Virus record (IMG/VR): IMGVR_UViG_3300025655_000026
Coordinates: 1 to 64,000 of that record
Length of the DNA stretch: 64,000 nt
Strand: one strand, 5' to 3'
Source: a virus
The position numbers and the translations under genes were made by a program. The notes under the pieces were generated by a model, which did not search any database, was not told where the DNA came from, and worked only from the letters and a program-made list of their open reading frames with translations. Shown piece by piece: positions 27,253 to 36,867 of the stretch; within the stretch, counting starts at the first letter, position 1, and every line of letters starts with the position of its first letter.

Positions 27253-28749
27253 ATGGCAACGAATCAAGATATTGTAAATACATTAAGAGAATTAATAGAT
27301 TTACAAAAAGGATATTCAAATGCCGTAAAAGAAACCTCAAAAGAATTAACTGCTCAAGAAAGAATTGCGAAAAGAAGAAATGAAAAAGCAGAAGAATATA
27401 ATACTCGTTTAGGAAAAACAATTGCTACATTAACTGCGGTTGATGGAAAAATGGGTAAGTTCAAACGATTTTCATATGGTTTCTTACCAAAAGGTTTCTT
27501 TCGTGCGATGAACGCAACTGCTTCAAGTTTAGAATCAATAGATATTGCTGTTGGAAGAGTTAGAAAAGGAATAGAAAAAACTAGTAAAATAAAATCTTTG
27601 TTTGGTAGAACTATGACTATGGGTTTTAAAGATTTTGATAAAATGGGTTCTCAAATACGGGCGGCACAAACTGCTCAAGAAACTTACTATGGTAGAAGCA
27701 CTAGTGCCGCATTTAATCGTAGAGGTAGACAATATTACATGACCCCCGATGCCGCAGAAAGGCAAATGATTGGTCGCCAAAAGGCTGAAAAAACACTTAG
27801 AAGAAAAAGAGCATTAGAAGTAGGCGGAATGATTACTGGAATAAGAAAAAGAGAAGAACCTCTAAGTTTACAGAATATGAAAAAAGCGGCAGTTAAATTC
27901 TATGAAGGAATAAAAAATACTGATTGGGGAAAGATTATAAATTTAACAAAAAAATATGTCATACGGGCGGCAATTCTATTTACAGGTGTAGTCTTTAGAG
28001 CCGTTGGTATAGTAGTTCTTTTGTATATGCTATTCAAAGGATTTTGGCCACAAATCAAAGAAAGCGTGATGGCCGCATGGGAAGCAATAAAGCAAGTTGG
28101 GATGATTGCTCTCGCTGGATTAAATATGGTTTGGGAAGGATTAAAAGGAGTTTGGAATGCTTTCTTTGGAGATGGCGATTTAGTTTCTTTAATTGATAGT
28201 TTATTAACAATTGCTGGTGGATTACTTATTTTTGCTGGAGGTCTTGTAATAACTGCCTTGACTGCTGGATTAGTTTTGCTTGGTGGCCTACTTATGGAAA
28301 CGGGCGCAAGATTACTTACCTTTTTGGGTAATTTTTTCAGTAAAACAGGGTCTTTGGTGAACAAAATCGCTACTACTATTGCGGCTATTCTTGGAGTCGT
28401 TATGTTTATTGTTTCGGGCGCATGGGCGGCAGTAATTGCGGCCGCTATTGGATATTATGTCGCTAAGAAATTTGCAGGATTTTTGGGCTTCCATGCTGAC
28501 GGAGGAACAGTTACTTCTCCTTTACAGATTGTTGGTGAGCGTGGCCCTGAAATTGCCGCTTTACCGAGAGGAACTAAAGTTATGACAAATACTCAATCAA
28601 AGAATATGGTTGGTGGAAATACTTTCAACATTACAATTAATGCTAGAGATACTTCGGATGCGGAATTAAGAAGAGTCGCTGATAAAATAGGACAAATGAT
28701 TAACGGTAAGATTAACAGAACTACTTCTTCTAGAACATTAGGTGCGTGA
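27253..28749 (+). CDS. Tape measure protein (short)
   Basis: Helical protein with hydrophobic segments; C-terminal HADGG...VGERGPE and FNITINA; follows the G/GT pair. Confidence 0.85.
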   Translation: MATNQDIVNTLRELIDLQKGYSNAVKETSKELTAQERIAKRRNEKAEEYNTRLGKTIATLTAVDGKMGKFKRFSYGFLPKGFFRAMNATASSLESIDIAVGRVRKGIEKTSKIKSLFGRTMTMGFKDFDKMGSQIRAAQTAQETYYGRSTSAAFNRRGRQYYMTPDAAERQMIGRQKAEKTLRRKRALEVGGMITGIRKREEPLSLQNMKKAAVKFYEGIKNTDWGKIINLTKKYVIRAAILFTGVVFRAVGIVVLLYMLFKGFWPQIKESVMAAWEAIKQVGMIALAGLNMVWEGLKGVWNAFFGDGDLVSLIDSLLTIAGGLLIFAGGLVITALTAGLVLLGGLLMETGARLLTFLGNFFSKTGSLVNKIATTIAAILGVVMFIVSGAWAAVIAAAIGYYVAKKFAGFLGFHADGGTVTSPLQIVGERGPEIAALPRGTKVMTNTQSKNMVGGNTFNITINARDTSDAELRRVADKIGQMINGKINRTTSSRTLGA

Positions 28750-28753
28750 TTAA

Positions 28754-29401
28754 ATGCGAGAATTCTATGTTTATTTAAAATTGAAATCTTTTGATGGAAC
28801 TGATTTACAATTAGATACAATTCCATTAAGAGCGAATTCTGTTAGCATTTCAACAGATAAAACAATCCCCGATTTCCCTATTCCTTTAAGTGGTTTAACT
28901 ACTGGAGAATCAGTTACATTGGCTTTAGATTTAGGTATGTCAAGTAAAAGAGTTTCAATTAGTGGATTTATTAACGCTACTCCTCTAAAAAGAAGCCATA
29001 CTGATTCCGAATCAAGAACTTTTACTGCACATGAAATTGCACAATTAATTGCTTCGGGAGTTGATTCAACAGGTGCGGCAGTAAATCAAGCATTGGATGA
29101 ATTAGTGGTTTTAATTCCTTCTTATGTTGATTCTAACTATGCTTATAGAAGTGGGGTTAATACTTTAAAACCAACATCAACAAGTGAAGCAGATACTCCT
29201 CTTATTCCTTTTACTTTTAGAGCGAGAGGAAGTAGCAATGATAAAGATAACAAATATGTTCCTATTTCATTTGGCTTTCCCGATACAACAACTGCTACTG
29301 GATTGAAAGGATATATTCGTTCTTTTAGTGTAGACTTTGCGGCAGATACAGTGGAACTTTCTTTTAGTATGGAGTTTGTTGTGGCGACTGTTGTTCCTTG
29401 A
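28754..29401 (+). CDS. Putative distal tail (Dit-like) protein
   Basis: Directly after the tape measure; DLGMSSKRVSISG and GYIRSFSV..FSMEF strands. Confidence 0.55.
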   Translation: MREFYVYLKLKSFDGTDLQLDTIPLRANSVSISTDKTIPDFPIPLSGLTTGESVTLALDLGMSSKRVSISGFINATPLKRSHTDSESRTFTAHEIAQLIASGVDSTGAAVNQALDELVVLIPSYVDSNYAYRSGVNTLKPTSTSEADTPLIPFTFRARGSSNDKDNKYVPISFGFPDTTTATGLKGYIRSFSVDFAADTVELSFSMEFVVATVVP

Positions 29402-29410
29402 GGTGGCTAA

Positions 29411-30532
29411 ATGTATTCAATCTTTACAGGAAATCAGCGTTCTCTCGTATTTCCTGTAATGTGTAATGGATTCGCAACTATTGATTATAGTGCCAATATT
29501 CCCGATGCTAATTCTCCATCTATTACTAGCGATGAAGCGGCATATGGAATTTGGGTTCATGAAGGAGATTTTACTTTTGAAAGTGTAATTACTCCATATG
29601 ATATTAATGGCTATGGAACATATGATGCCTCAAGAACTCCTCCAACTATTACTGCTTCAAAGAAAATTATGCCAGCATTAGGCCAATCTGTCTACGATGC
29701 TGGAAATGAAGGAAACTATGAAAGCGAACTATATCTATCAAGAGCGAATCGCTTGACTCATGAAATGATGATTTTTTACAGTAGTGATTTTCAAATTAGC
29801 CTAGTAAATACTTCGCTACACAATGAAAATCAGCCAGCAGAATACAAGATTAGAGTTAGAATAAGATTAGGAAGCACAACAGAAATTATTGATAGTGATA
29901 CTGTCATTAGTTCCAACATTACTAGAAACTATACTTATAGTGGAGTGGCTGGTTTCAATCAAGATGGTAAAATTAAATATGATAGTTCGGGTCAAACAGT
30001 TACATCAGTAAGTGGCTCAACTCTTGTGGTGTCAAGCACTAGTGATTTCTACGCTGGTTTAGAATTATTTTATCGCAATGGGTGGGATTATTTGAGCATG
30101 GGAAAAATTGTTTCAGTAGATTCGGCCACAGACCTCACCATGTCGGCTAATGTAGATACTTCTTCAACTGGAACTGTATATGTTTATGATGCACAAGACC
30201 CTCTCTACATCAACAATTTATTTCATATTGCCTGTTCTTGGAGTGATACTTATAAGACCTTGAATATTTATTTTAATGGCCTACTCGTCAAGACTGCTAC
30301 TCATTCCCAAACAGATACCTTTACTTTTGCGAGAGAAGATTTCTATATTGGGGCTAATGGTCAAGGGGCGAATGGGAGTGAATCAGCAATTACAAATAAG
30401 CAATTCATGGGAGAAATGCATGAAATGGCCATATTAAATTATACAAAAGACCAATTCGCAGGAAGAAATAATCTTCTTCCAAATTATGATAATACTCTTC
30501 TTTATCTTCGGTTTGAGGAGGTTGATTTGTAA
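29411..30532 (+). CDS. LamG/ConA-like tail protein
   Basis: FTFESVI, FHIACSW, IYFNGLL, FYIGA, FMGEMHEMAI. Confidence 0.75.
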   Translation: MYSIFTGNQRSLVFPVMCNGFATIDYSANIPDANSPSITSDEAAYGIWVHEGDFTFESVITPYDINGYGTYDASRTPPTITASKKIMPALGQSVYDAGNEGNYESELYLSRANRLTHEMMIFYSSDFQISLVNTSLHNENQPAEYKIRVRIRLGSTTEIIDSDTVISSNITRNYTYSGVAGFNQDGKIKYDSSGQTVTSVSGSTLVVSSTSDFYAGLELFYRNGWDYLSMGKIVSVDSATDLTMSANVDTSSTGTVYVYDAQDPLYINNLFHIACSWSDTYKTLNIYFNGLLVKTATHSQTDTFTFAREDFYIGANGQGANGSESAITNKQFMGEMHEMAILNYTKDQFAGRNNLLPNYDNTLLYLRFEEVDL

Positions 30533-33500
30533 TGACATTATCTGTTACTCCTTCAAGATATGAAGCACCTACCAATCCTCAATTTTACTCTACTTCCGTT
30601 ACAGATGGAAATAGAATATATACGGCAGTTGTTCCTAATGGAGATGTTTCTTTTACAGTTGAAGGATTTGGTGGTTCTGTTACAGAATATTCAAATCTTA
30701 CTAACACCAAAGGATTTAGAATTAAATGTTATGATGCCTTAACTGGAGAAGGAATTCAGTTTAATCCATCAACTATTGACTTTGAAACATACGATTATTT
30801 TGTTTTAGTTTATTCGGATGACGATTATCAGCATCACTTTGCTAGAATTAAGGAAATAATCACAGAAGATGAAGAAGGAGATGCTTTTGAATTTGAACCT
30901 AAACTCGGAAATGAAATTCCAAAAAATACTAAGTTTATTATTTTTAAAGGGCCAAGTAAAGCAACAGATGTAGTTGCTATTTCATTAGGAATACTTCAAG
31001 ATTCTACTAGGGCGCATCTAAGATATAGAATGTCATGTTCTAGGCCATTGTTTTATTTTTATGATGGATTGGATAAAGAAGGAGAACTTAATCATAATAC
31101 TAAGTATTATGTTATGAGAGAAGATGGAACTGCTAACAGTTACACTCTTGATAATACAAAAGATGTAGATACTTTTAGAACAGTTCAAGACTTTGGCCAA
31201 ACAATTGTAGATTATAGTAAATATTCTTTAAGAGTTACTTTAACTGATACACTAAGAACAATAGATGTAGAAAGTGGAGGAAATATCACTCTAAATGAAG
31301 GCGGAACAATGGTCGCAGATAGAACAGACTACAATCAGTTTCTACCGAATGCTAGAAGAGATTCCGATGATGACATTACAACAAGAGTTTATACTGGAGA
31401 ACAAAGATATTTGCACTACGATTATTCTCCTCTTAGGGCTAACTTTACCTATGGGGTATATACACATCAAACTTATGATTCAGTTAATGGAAGAGGTGGA
31501 TTTTCGGAAACTAAGATTGTAGATACCTCAAGAATTCTACAAAAGAAAATTACTGAATTCACAGACTACAAAGTTAGACATATTGTTCATAGAGCAAACA
31601 TAGATGATTGGTTTGCACTTGAAGCAACATTTAGTAGTGACGCAGGTTCTCATGTATTTACTTTTGATACTACTTTTGATTTAGATGGTTTCATTAATGT
31701 TGGAGATGAATTAAAAATTGATAGCCGAATTTACATTGTTCAAACAATTGGTTCGTTTAGTGGTTTTTCGCAAACAATTACAATGAGAAATAGAAGCCGT
31801 TTAGAAACTGAGTCTATTTTAACTTCGGGATATTATACTCCTACTTCTGAAGCAATTGTTTATAGAAGGTGTTACAATTTTACAGATAAAACATTAATGG
31901 TTGATTTTGACCTTATAGATAACAGATATTCTAAATTAAGCGTTTCTTTTTCTTCGCTTAATATGACAGAATTGTTTGCTACGGTTTCTGCCGTAGATGC
32001 AAAAAGAAAAATGATTACTTTGGCTTTTGATGGAGATTCATATTATGATGACCCATTAAGATACGCTTTAGGACAATTTTTAATTCATGTAGAACGGTTT
32101 AATGGTGAGATTGAAAACATTTCAAGTAAGAAAGAGAATGGCCAAACTGTTTTTGAAATTAAAGGAAGAGATAAATTCAATAAATTGATTTCTCCAATTG
32201 TGAATCTTAATAGTTTGTTTAGTGAAGATATTGTTTATTCTAGCAATAGTCCATATAACAAATTAGGGAATATCAAATCCTCTAGCACATATAGTATTGC
32301 ATTAGGGGCAACTACTTTAGCAACAGGTGCTAGTGGAAGTAATTTTGATATTCTTCCAGCCGTAGGAGATAACTTATTTACTGCTAATGGATATATTGGA
32401 AAGGTGACTGCTGTTTCTGCTGACCCGATAATTTTAACTTTTACTCCTGCAATTACAGAAGCAAATAGCGAAGCAATTTATGTTGAAACAGAAAAGAACT
32501 ATGTATTTACAAAGGCTCTAGGCTCTAGTTCGCTGGCTAATGCTACTACCACTTCTTTAACAGGTTCAGCAAATAAAGGAGTTTTCTTTACGGCAGGAAA
32601 TGAAATATCTTCTGTTGATGGTTCGGAAGGTAATTCGCTAACAGGAAGCAGTAGTAACACTCATCCAAAGGCAATAGGCTACTCAATAACTCACCCAAAT
32701 TCAATTAGTGAAGATTTTTCTTTCCAAGCGAAATTGACTGATGAATTTGGTGGAAGTGCTGATTCGGATTTTGATACTGTAAATGCTTTAATTGATTTTG
32801 AAATTGTTTCTATTTCTCAAAAAAATAATGTCAATGTTATTGAATTAGCCCCATATGTTCCAGTTACTTTAGGAAGAAAAGTAGAATATTATGATTATAC
32901 TGATGAACAAACATTTACTTCGCATGGAACAATAAGTTATATTGGTGGCTCTCCTCCATGTTTACTTCATTTAACTAATTCTTCTGCATATACTTTAAAG
33001 GTAGGAGAGGCATTATATGTAGGTTCTTCTAAAACATTTATAGGCAAAATATTATCAATTCATAGTTTCACTACTTCTTCTGTGATAGTTAAAATATTTT
33101 TAGATAGAACAATTTATAATTATGGTATTGGAGATGAAATTTTTTCTTCTAATAAAGTAATTACTGATTTAGCAGTAATTAATGGGGCGCACTTATGGGG
33201 AGGAAAAATATTAATTCACCCACATTTAAATTATACTAGCGATGGGTTAGTTCCATTTAATGTAGAAAATACGGTTGGAAGCGGAGATTATAATTCTAAA
33301 TACGGACAAATGTATTATAAACCCGTAAGTAGTAGTTTTGGTAAATTTAATTTAAACTTACCAATAGTTAAAGCATCTAACAAACAAATTACTAAATTTT
33401 ACATTAATAATAGTGCGTTAAATTATCTATATCAATCTTATCAATTTAAACCGAATCTAAGTTCTAATATCATATCATTTGGTCAAACAGACTCTTCTTA

Positions 33501-36500
33501 TAGAACTCTTCCTTTAGATTATAGAGGAATAGGTAGTCCTTTTGGATATAATATAGCGACTTCTTTGATTCATCAAAATGAATATAATAACCTACCACTT
33601 AGAAATTCTGGAGGAGATGGAGGACTAATATTTTATAATAGTAAATTTACAGATATAGACCAATCGGCCAGTAGACTATTCATGTATGTAGTTGGAGATT
33701 TACTGCCTTATTCTTCTTTAAGAAAAGATAGTTTAATGTCGGGCAATAAAACAATAAATAACTACGATTTGTTTTTATTAGAAAATAAAAAAGCAACAGA
33801 CTCTTCAATTGAAGGAGGAAATAGATTACTTTTGAAAGATAGTAATTTTCAATCAATTTCTTTCAATACTGATACTGATATATCTACATTGAAAAGATTT
33901 GGATTAATGCGACTTACAGAAATTTGCTTTGATTCACTTTATAATCAAGTAAATCCTGAAAAACCAATATTGAAAAAATATGGAACAAATTATTCCTCTT
34001 ATATTACCTCTTCTTCTATTACAGATTTAGGAGGAATAGTTTCTATTAGTGGAACGAGCATTGTATTTAGTGGAACTGTTTCTTTAGTTAATGGAGATAA
34101 GATTTGTGATGAATATGGTAATTTTATAGGAACGATTGATAGCGGTTCGGGAACAACATATACTCTTCAAGCAGATGGATATTTGACGAATGGCGGATTA
34201 GCGGCTTTAAATGCTATTAAAGTAGAAGCACACGGATATACACATCAAATATATGGAAGAAATGAAGTGGATTCTTTATTTGAATTAGATTGGGGGAATA
34301 TTCATCCATTAAAGGGTGCGGTTGTTCCCGAAGATTCGGCTTTGGGGGGAGACACTTCCGATGAAATATATATTGCTAATGGTGGCACAGTTTCGCAAAC
34401 AGACCAAGAAATTTATTTGTCCTTTGCATTAGAAGCCAGTAGTTCACCAATTAGTTCTTATTCTATAATCGGTGGCGGAAATAATGCTGATTTAAAAGTT
34501 ATTTTGGACTATTGTAAAAACCAACAATCGCATGAAGGACTCATAGGAGTGGCATTAGATAGATATGATATTGAAAATGGTGGTAAGCATCCATTGGTTG
34601 AAGGAAATACAACTCAGGTATTAAAGGACTCAAAAGCCAATAGTGTTGGAAATGTGGAATTACCAGTATTAACCTCCGACTATCATTTCAAAGAATATAA
34701 AGTTCCTATTTCTGCTTCAACTAGTTCTCCAAGTAATACTAGCGATGATTCTAAAAGCGCAGATGGAGCATATATGGTGTTTAAGCCTAGATTATGGATT
34801 GGAACTGCTTCAAATGCAACAATAAAATCATCAAATGATAATTTAAATAAAAGCACTATTAATATTAATCCTAGCGGTGGATATAGTAATGGATTTTTAC
34901 AATTTATTGATTTGACTGGTTGCTATTTGATTCCCGAAGATGGAACTAATATTGATGGTAGCGCAAAAACAGGCGGAACTCAATATCAAAGAATTTCTAT
35001 GACAGATGTAATCCCTAGTGATTTAATTTATATTTATTCACATGAAGTTAGTGATTCCGATGTGCATGACCACCATCTTATTACTGATGTGGGTTTAACT
35101 AATAATACTGCATATAGAATTCTACAACCAAATGAGGTTTGTTTTTACGACTTTATGCCTAAAGACATTTACATCAATATGCTACGACCTTCTTATACAA
35201 AAAAGGCTAATAGAAATGAAACTTATAATATCAATAAAGGCTATTTTTATAGAGATGGAACTGATAATGGAAATGAATTGACTTTAGACGAAGGAGTTCT
35301 TTCTATGTTCGTGCCAATTGATACTGATAATATTAATGGAGAAAGCAGAATGGTTGTTATCAATACTGATGAGTTTCATGACAATATTTTACCCGAAGGA
35401 GAACATGGATTGTATTTTAGTGATGGAGATAATTCTAGCAAAGTAACATTATCAGTTAAAAAACATGATACTAATAACCATTCAGTTGTTTTTTCAAAAT
35501 TATTAAATTTAAATGGTATAGTTTCTGTTTCCGAACCATTTACTGTAACTTCTAATTCCGAATTAAAGATTAATCCATCAAGAGCATGTATTGGAACAAC
35601 CGCTACTGTTTGTTTAGAAGCAGAAGATTTAATCAACGAATTATTTGAACAAAATGGAATTGATTTCTCAATTCCAGAGAATACTGATTACCCTCTTTAT
35701 TTAGCACCTAATTTCAAAGGCGTAGATTTGTATGCGGCAATTCGCTATATTATGGAAAGGAAGGATATGGTTTTGAGAGAAGAAAATGGAACTTTTTCTA
35801 TTACTCAAGATAATGATTCTACTCATTATAGTAATATTATTCTTAATGATACTGATAAATTCAAAATATATGAATTTGAAAAGGCCACGACTTTATTTGA
35901 CTTCTACAATGACATTATTGTTTATGGTAATACTCACAAAGCAGAACGCAAAGATTTGAGAAGTGTTCAAAAGCGAGGAAGAAAAACATTAGAACATCAC
36001 GATAAAACTTTACTAACTCAAGACGAAGTAGATAGAAAAGCCATTGAATTACTTCGCCTACATACTACCTTTAATCAAAAATTAATTATGACTGTTAGCC
36101 ACGAAGGACTTTCTCAATTAAGGGCTGGAGATATTATCAATGTTGAAATTAAACAAGAAAACATTGAGTTAGGGCAATACATGGTTCTTCAAATAGAGCA
36201 TGAATTAACAGGTCTTATGAAATTAGAATTAGGTAGATATTCAAAACAATTATCGGATTTGTTCTCGGAATTACTTGTCACTCAAAAGCAAATCAATTCC
36301 AATTTGAGAAATGAAACCTTCAATGAAAAGAGCGTAACATACAACTTTTTAGATACCATCAATATCAAAGAACTACGCCTGTTGATTCGTAAGCGACAAG
36401 CAATTGGTGGTTTTACTCTAGGCTTTAGTGAAACGCTAAATACAGGTGATAACCCATTAGGATTTGATGGGGGAACAATCACCATCACGGATTTGTATGA

Positions 36501-36516
36501 GGAGGATTTGGCTTGA
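30532..36516 (+). CDS. Large central tail tip/host-specificity protein
   Basis: 1994 aa; FNGEIE..IKGRD hub motif; C-terminal YNDIIVYG and LRAGDIINV..YMVLQIEH tail-tip motifs. Confidence 0.75.
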   Translation: MTLSVTPSRYEAPTNPQFYSTSVTDGNRIYTAVVPNGDVSFTVEGFGGSVTEYSNLTNTKGFRIKCYDALTGEGIQFNPSTIDFETYDYFVLVYSDDDYQHHFARIKEIITEDEEGDAFEFEPKLGNEIPKNTKFIIFKGPSKATDVVAISLGILQDSTRAHLRYRMSCSRPLFYFYDGLDKEGELNHNTKYYVMREDGTANSYTLDNTKDVDTFRTVQDFGQTIVDYSKYSLRVTLTDTLRTIDVESGGNITLNEGGTMVADRTDYNQFLPNARRDSDDDITTRVYTGEQRYLHYDYSPLRANFTYGVYTHQTYDSVNGRGGFSETKIVDTSRILQKKITEFTDYKVRHIVHRANIDDWFALEATFSSDAGSHVFTFDTTFDLDGFINVGDELKIDSRIYIVQTIGSFSGFSQTITMRNRSRLETESILTSGYYTPTSEAIVYRRCYNFTDKTLMVDFDLIDNRYSKLSVSFSSLNMTELFATVSAVDAKRKMITLAFDGDSYYDDPLRYALGQFLIHVERFNGEIENISSKKENGQTVFEIKGRDKFNKLISPIVNLNSLFSEDIVYSSNSPYNKLGNIKSSSTYSIALGATTLATGASGSNFDILPAVGDNLFTANGYIGKVTAVSADPIILTFTPAITEANSEAIYVETEKNYVFTKALGSSSLANATTTSLTGSANKGVFFTAGNEISSVDGSEGNSLTGSSSNTHPKAIGYSITHPNSISEDFSFQAKLTDEFGGSADSDFDTVNALIDFEIVSISQKNNVNVIELAPYVPVTLGRKVEYYDYTDEQTFTSHGTISYIGGSPPCLLHLTNSSAYTLKVGEALYVGSSKTFIGKILSIHSFTTSSVIVKIFLDRTIYNYGIGDEIFSSNKVITDLAVINGAHLWGGKILIHPHLNYTSDGLVPFNVENTVGSGDYNSKYGQMYYKPVSSSFGKFNLNLPIVKASNKQITKFYINNSALNYLYQSYQFKPNLSSNIISFGQTDSSYRTLPLDYRGIGSPFGYNIATSLIHQNEYNNLPLRNSGGDGGLIFYNSKFTDIDQSASRLFMYVVGDLLPYSSLRKDSLMSGNKTINNYDLFLLENKKATDSSIEGGNRLLLKDSNFQSISFNTDTDISTLKRFGLMRLTEICFDSLYNQVNPEKPILKKYGTNYSSYITSSSITDLGGIVSISGTSIVFSGTVSLVNGDKICDEYGNFIGTIDSGSGTTYTLQADGYLTNGGLAALNAIKVEAHGYTHQIYGRNEVDSLFELDWGNIHPLKGAVVPEDSALGGDTSDEIYIANGGTVSQTDQEIYLSFALEASSSPISSYSIIGGGNNADLKVILDYCKNQQSHEGLIGVALDRYDIENGGKHPLVEGNTTQVLKDSKANSVGNVELPVLTSDYHFKEYKVPISASTSSPSNTSDDSKSADGAYMVFKPRLWIGTASNATIKSSNDNLNKSTININPSGGYSNGFLQFIDLTGCYLIPEDGTNIDGSAKTGGTQYQRISMTDVIPSDLIYIYSHEVSDSDVHDHHLITDVGLTNNTAYRILQPNEVCFYDFMPKDIYINMLRPSYTKKANRNETYNINKGYFYRDGTDNGNELTLDEGVLSMFVPIDTDNINGESRMVVINTDEFHDNILPEGEHGLYFSDGDNSSKVTLSVKKHDTNNHSVVFSKLLNLNGIVSVSEPFTVTSNSELKINPSRACIGTTATVCLEAEDLINELFEQNGIDFSIPENTDYPLYLAPNFKGVDLYAAIRYIMERKDMVLREENGTFSITQDNDSTHYSNIILNDTDKFKIYEFEKATTLFDFYNDIIVYGNTHKAERKDLRSVQKRGRKTLEHHDKTLLTQDEVDRKAIELLRLHTTFNQKLIMTVSHEGLSQLRAGDIINVEIKQENIELGQYMVLQIEHELTGLMKLELGRYSKQLSDLFSELLVTQKQINSNLRNETFNEKSVTYNFLDTINIKELRLLIRKRQAIGGFTLGFSETLNTGDNPLGFDGGTITITDLYEEDLA

Positions 36517-36866
36517 TTACTGATGAATTAAAAGAGGCAATAGCGACTTATTTAGCAACTGCCGCTAGTCCGTATATTGATAGTGCTAAAATTGGTTTGG
36601 GTGGCAATTCCACAAACCCTACTTCTACTGATTTAGATGTAGAGATTGCTGGAGTAAGCCCTTCCATCATTCGTTCAAAATCAGACATAAATGTAATTGA
36701 AGTAAAATTATCTGTTAGTGGAACATATATTCAAGGAAAGGTTATTCGGGAAGCGGGGCTTTTTAATTCAACAGGCAATATGCTTCAAAGAGTAAACTTT
36801 GATGGAGTCGGCCCATTTTCCACAGATGAAACACTAGAGATTTTTATTATCATGGAGGTAGAATGA
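36513..36866 (+). CDS. Tail fibre attachment/baseplate-type protein
   Basis: MIT..., IGLGG..T..DL, IREAGLFN pattern. Confidence 0.6.
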   Translation: MITDELKEAIATYLATAASPYIDSAKIGLGGNSTNPTSTDLDVEIAGVSPSIIRSKSDINVIEVKLSVSGTYIQGKVIREAGLFNSTGNMLQRVNFDGVGPFSTDETLEIFIIMEVE

Positions 36867-36867
36867 T

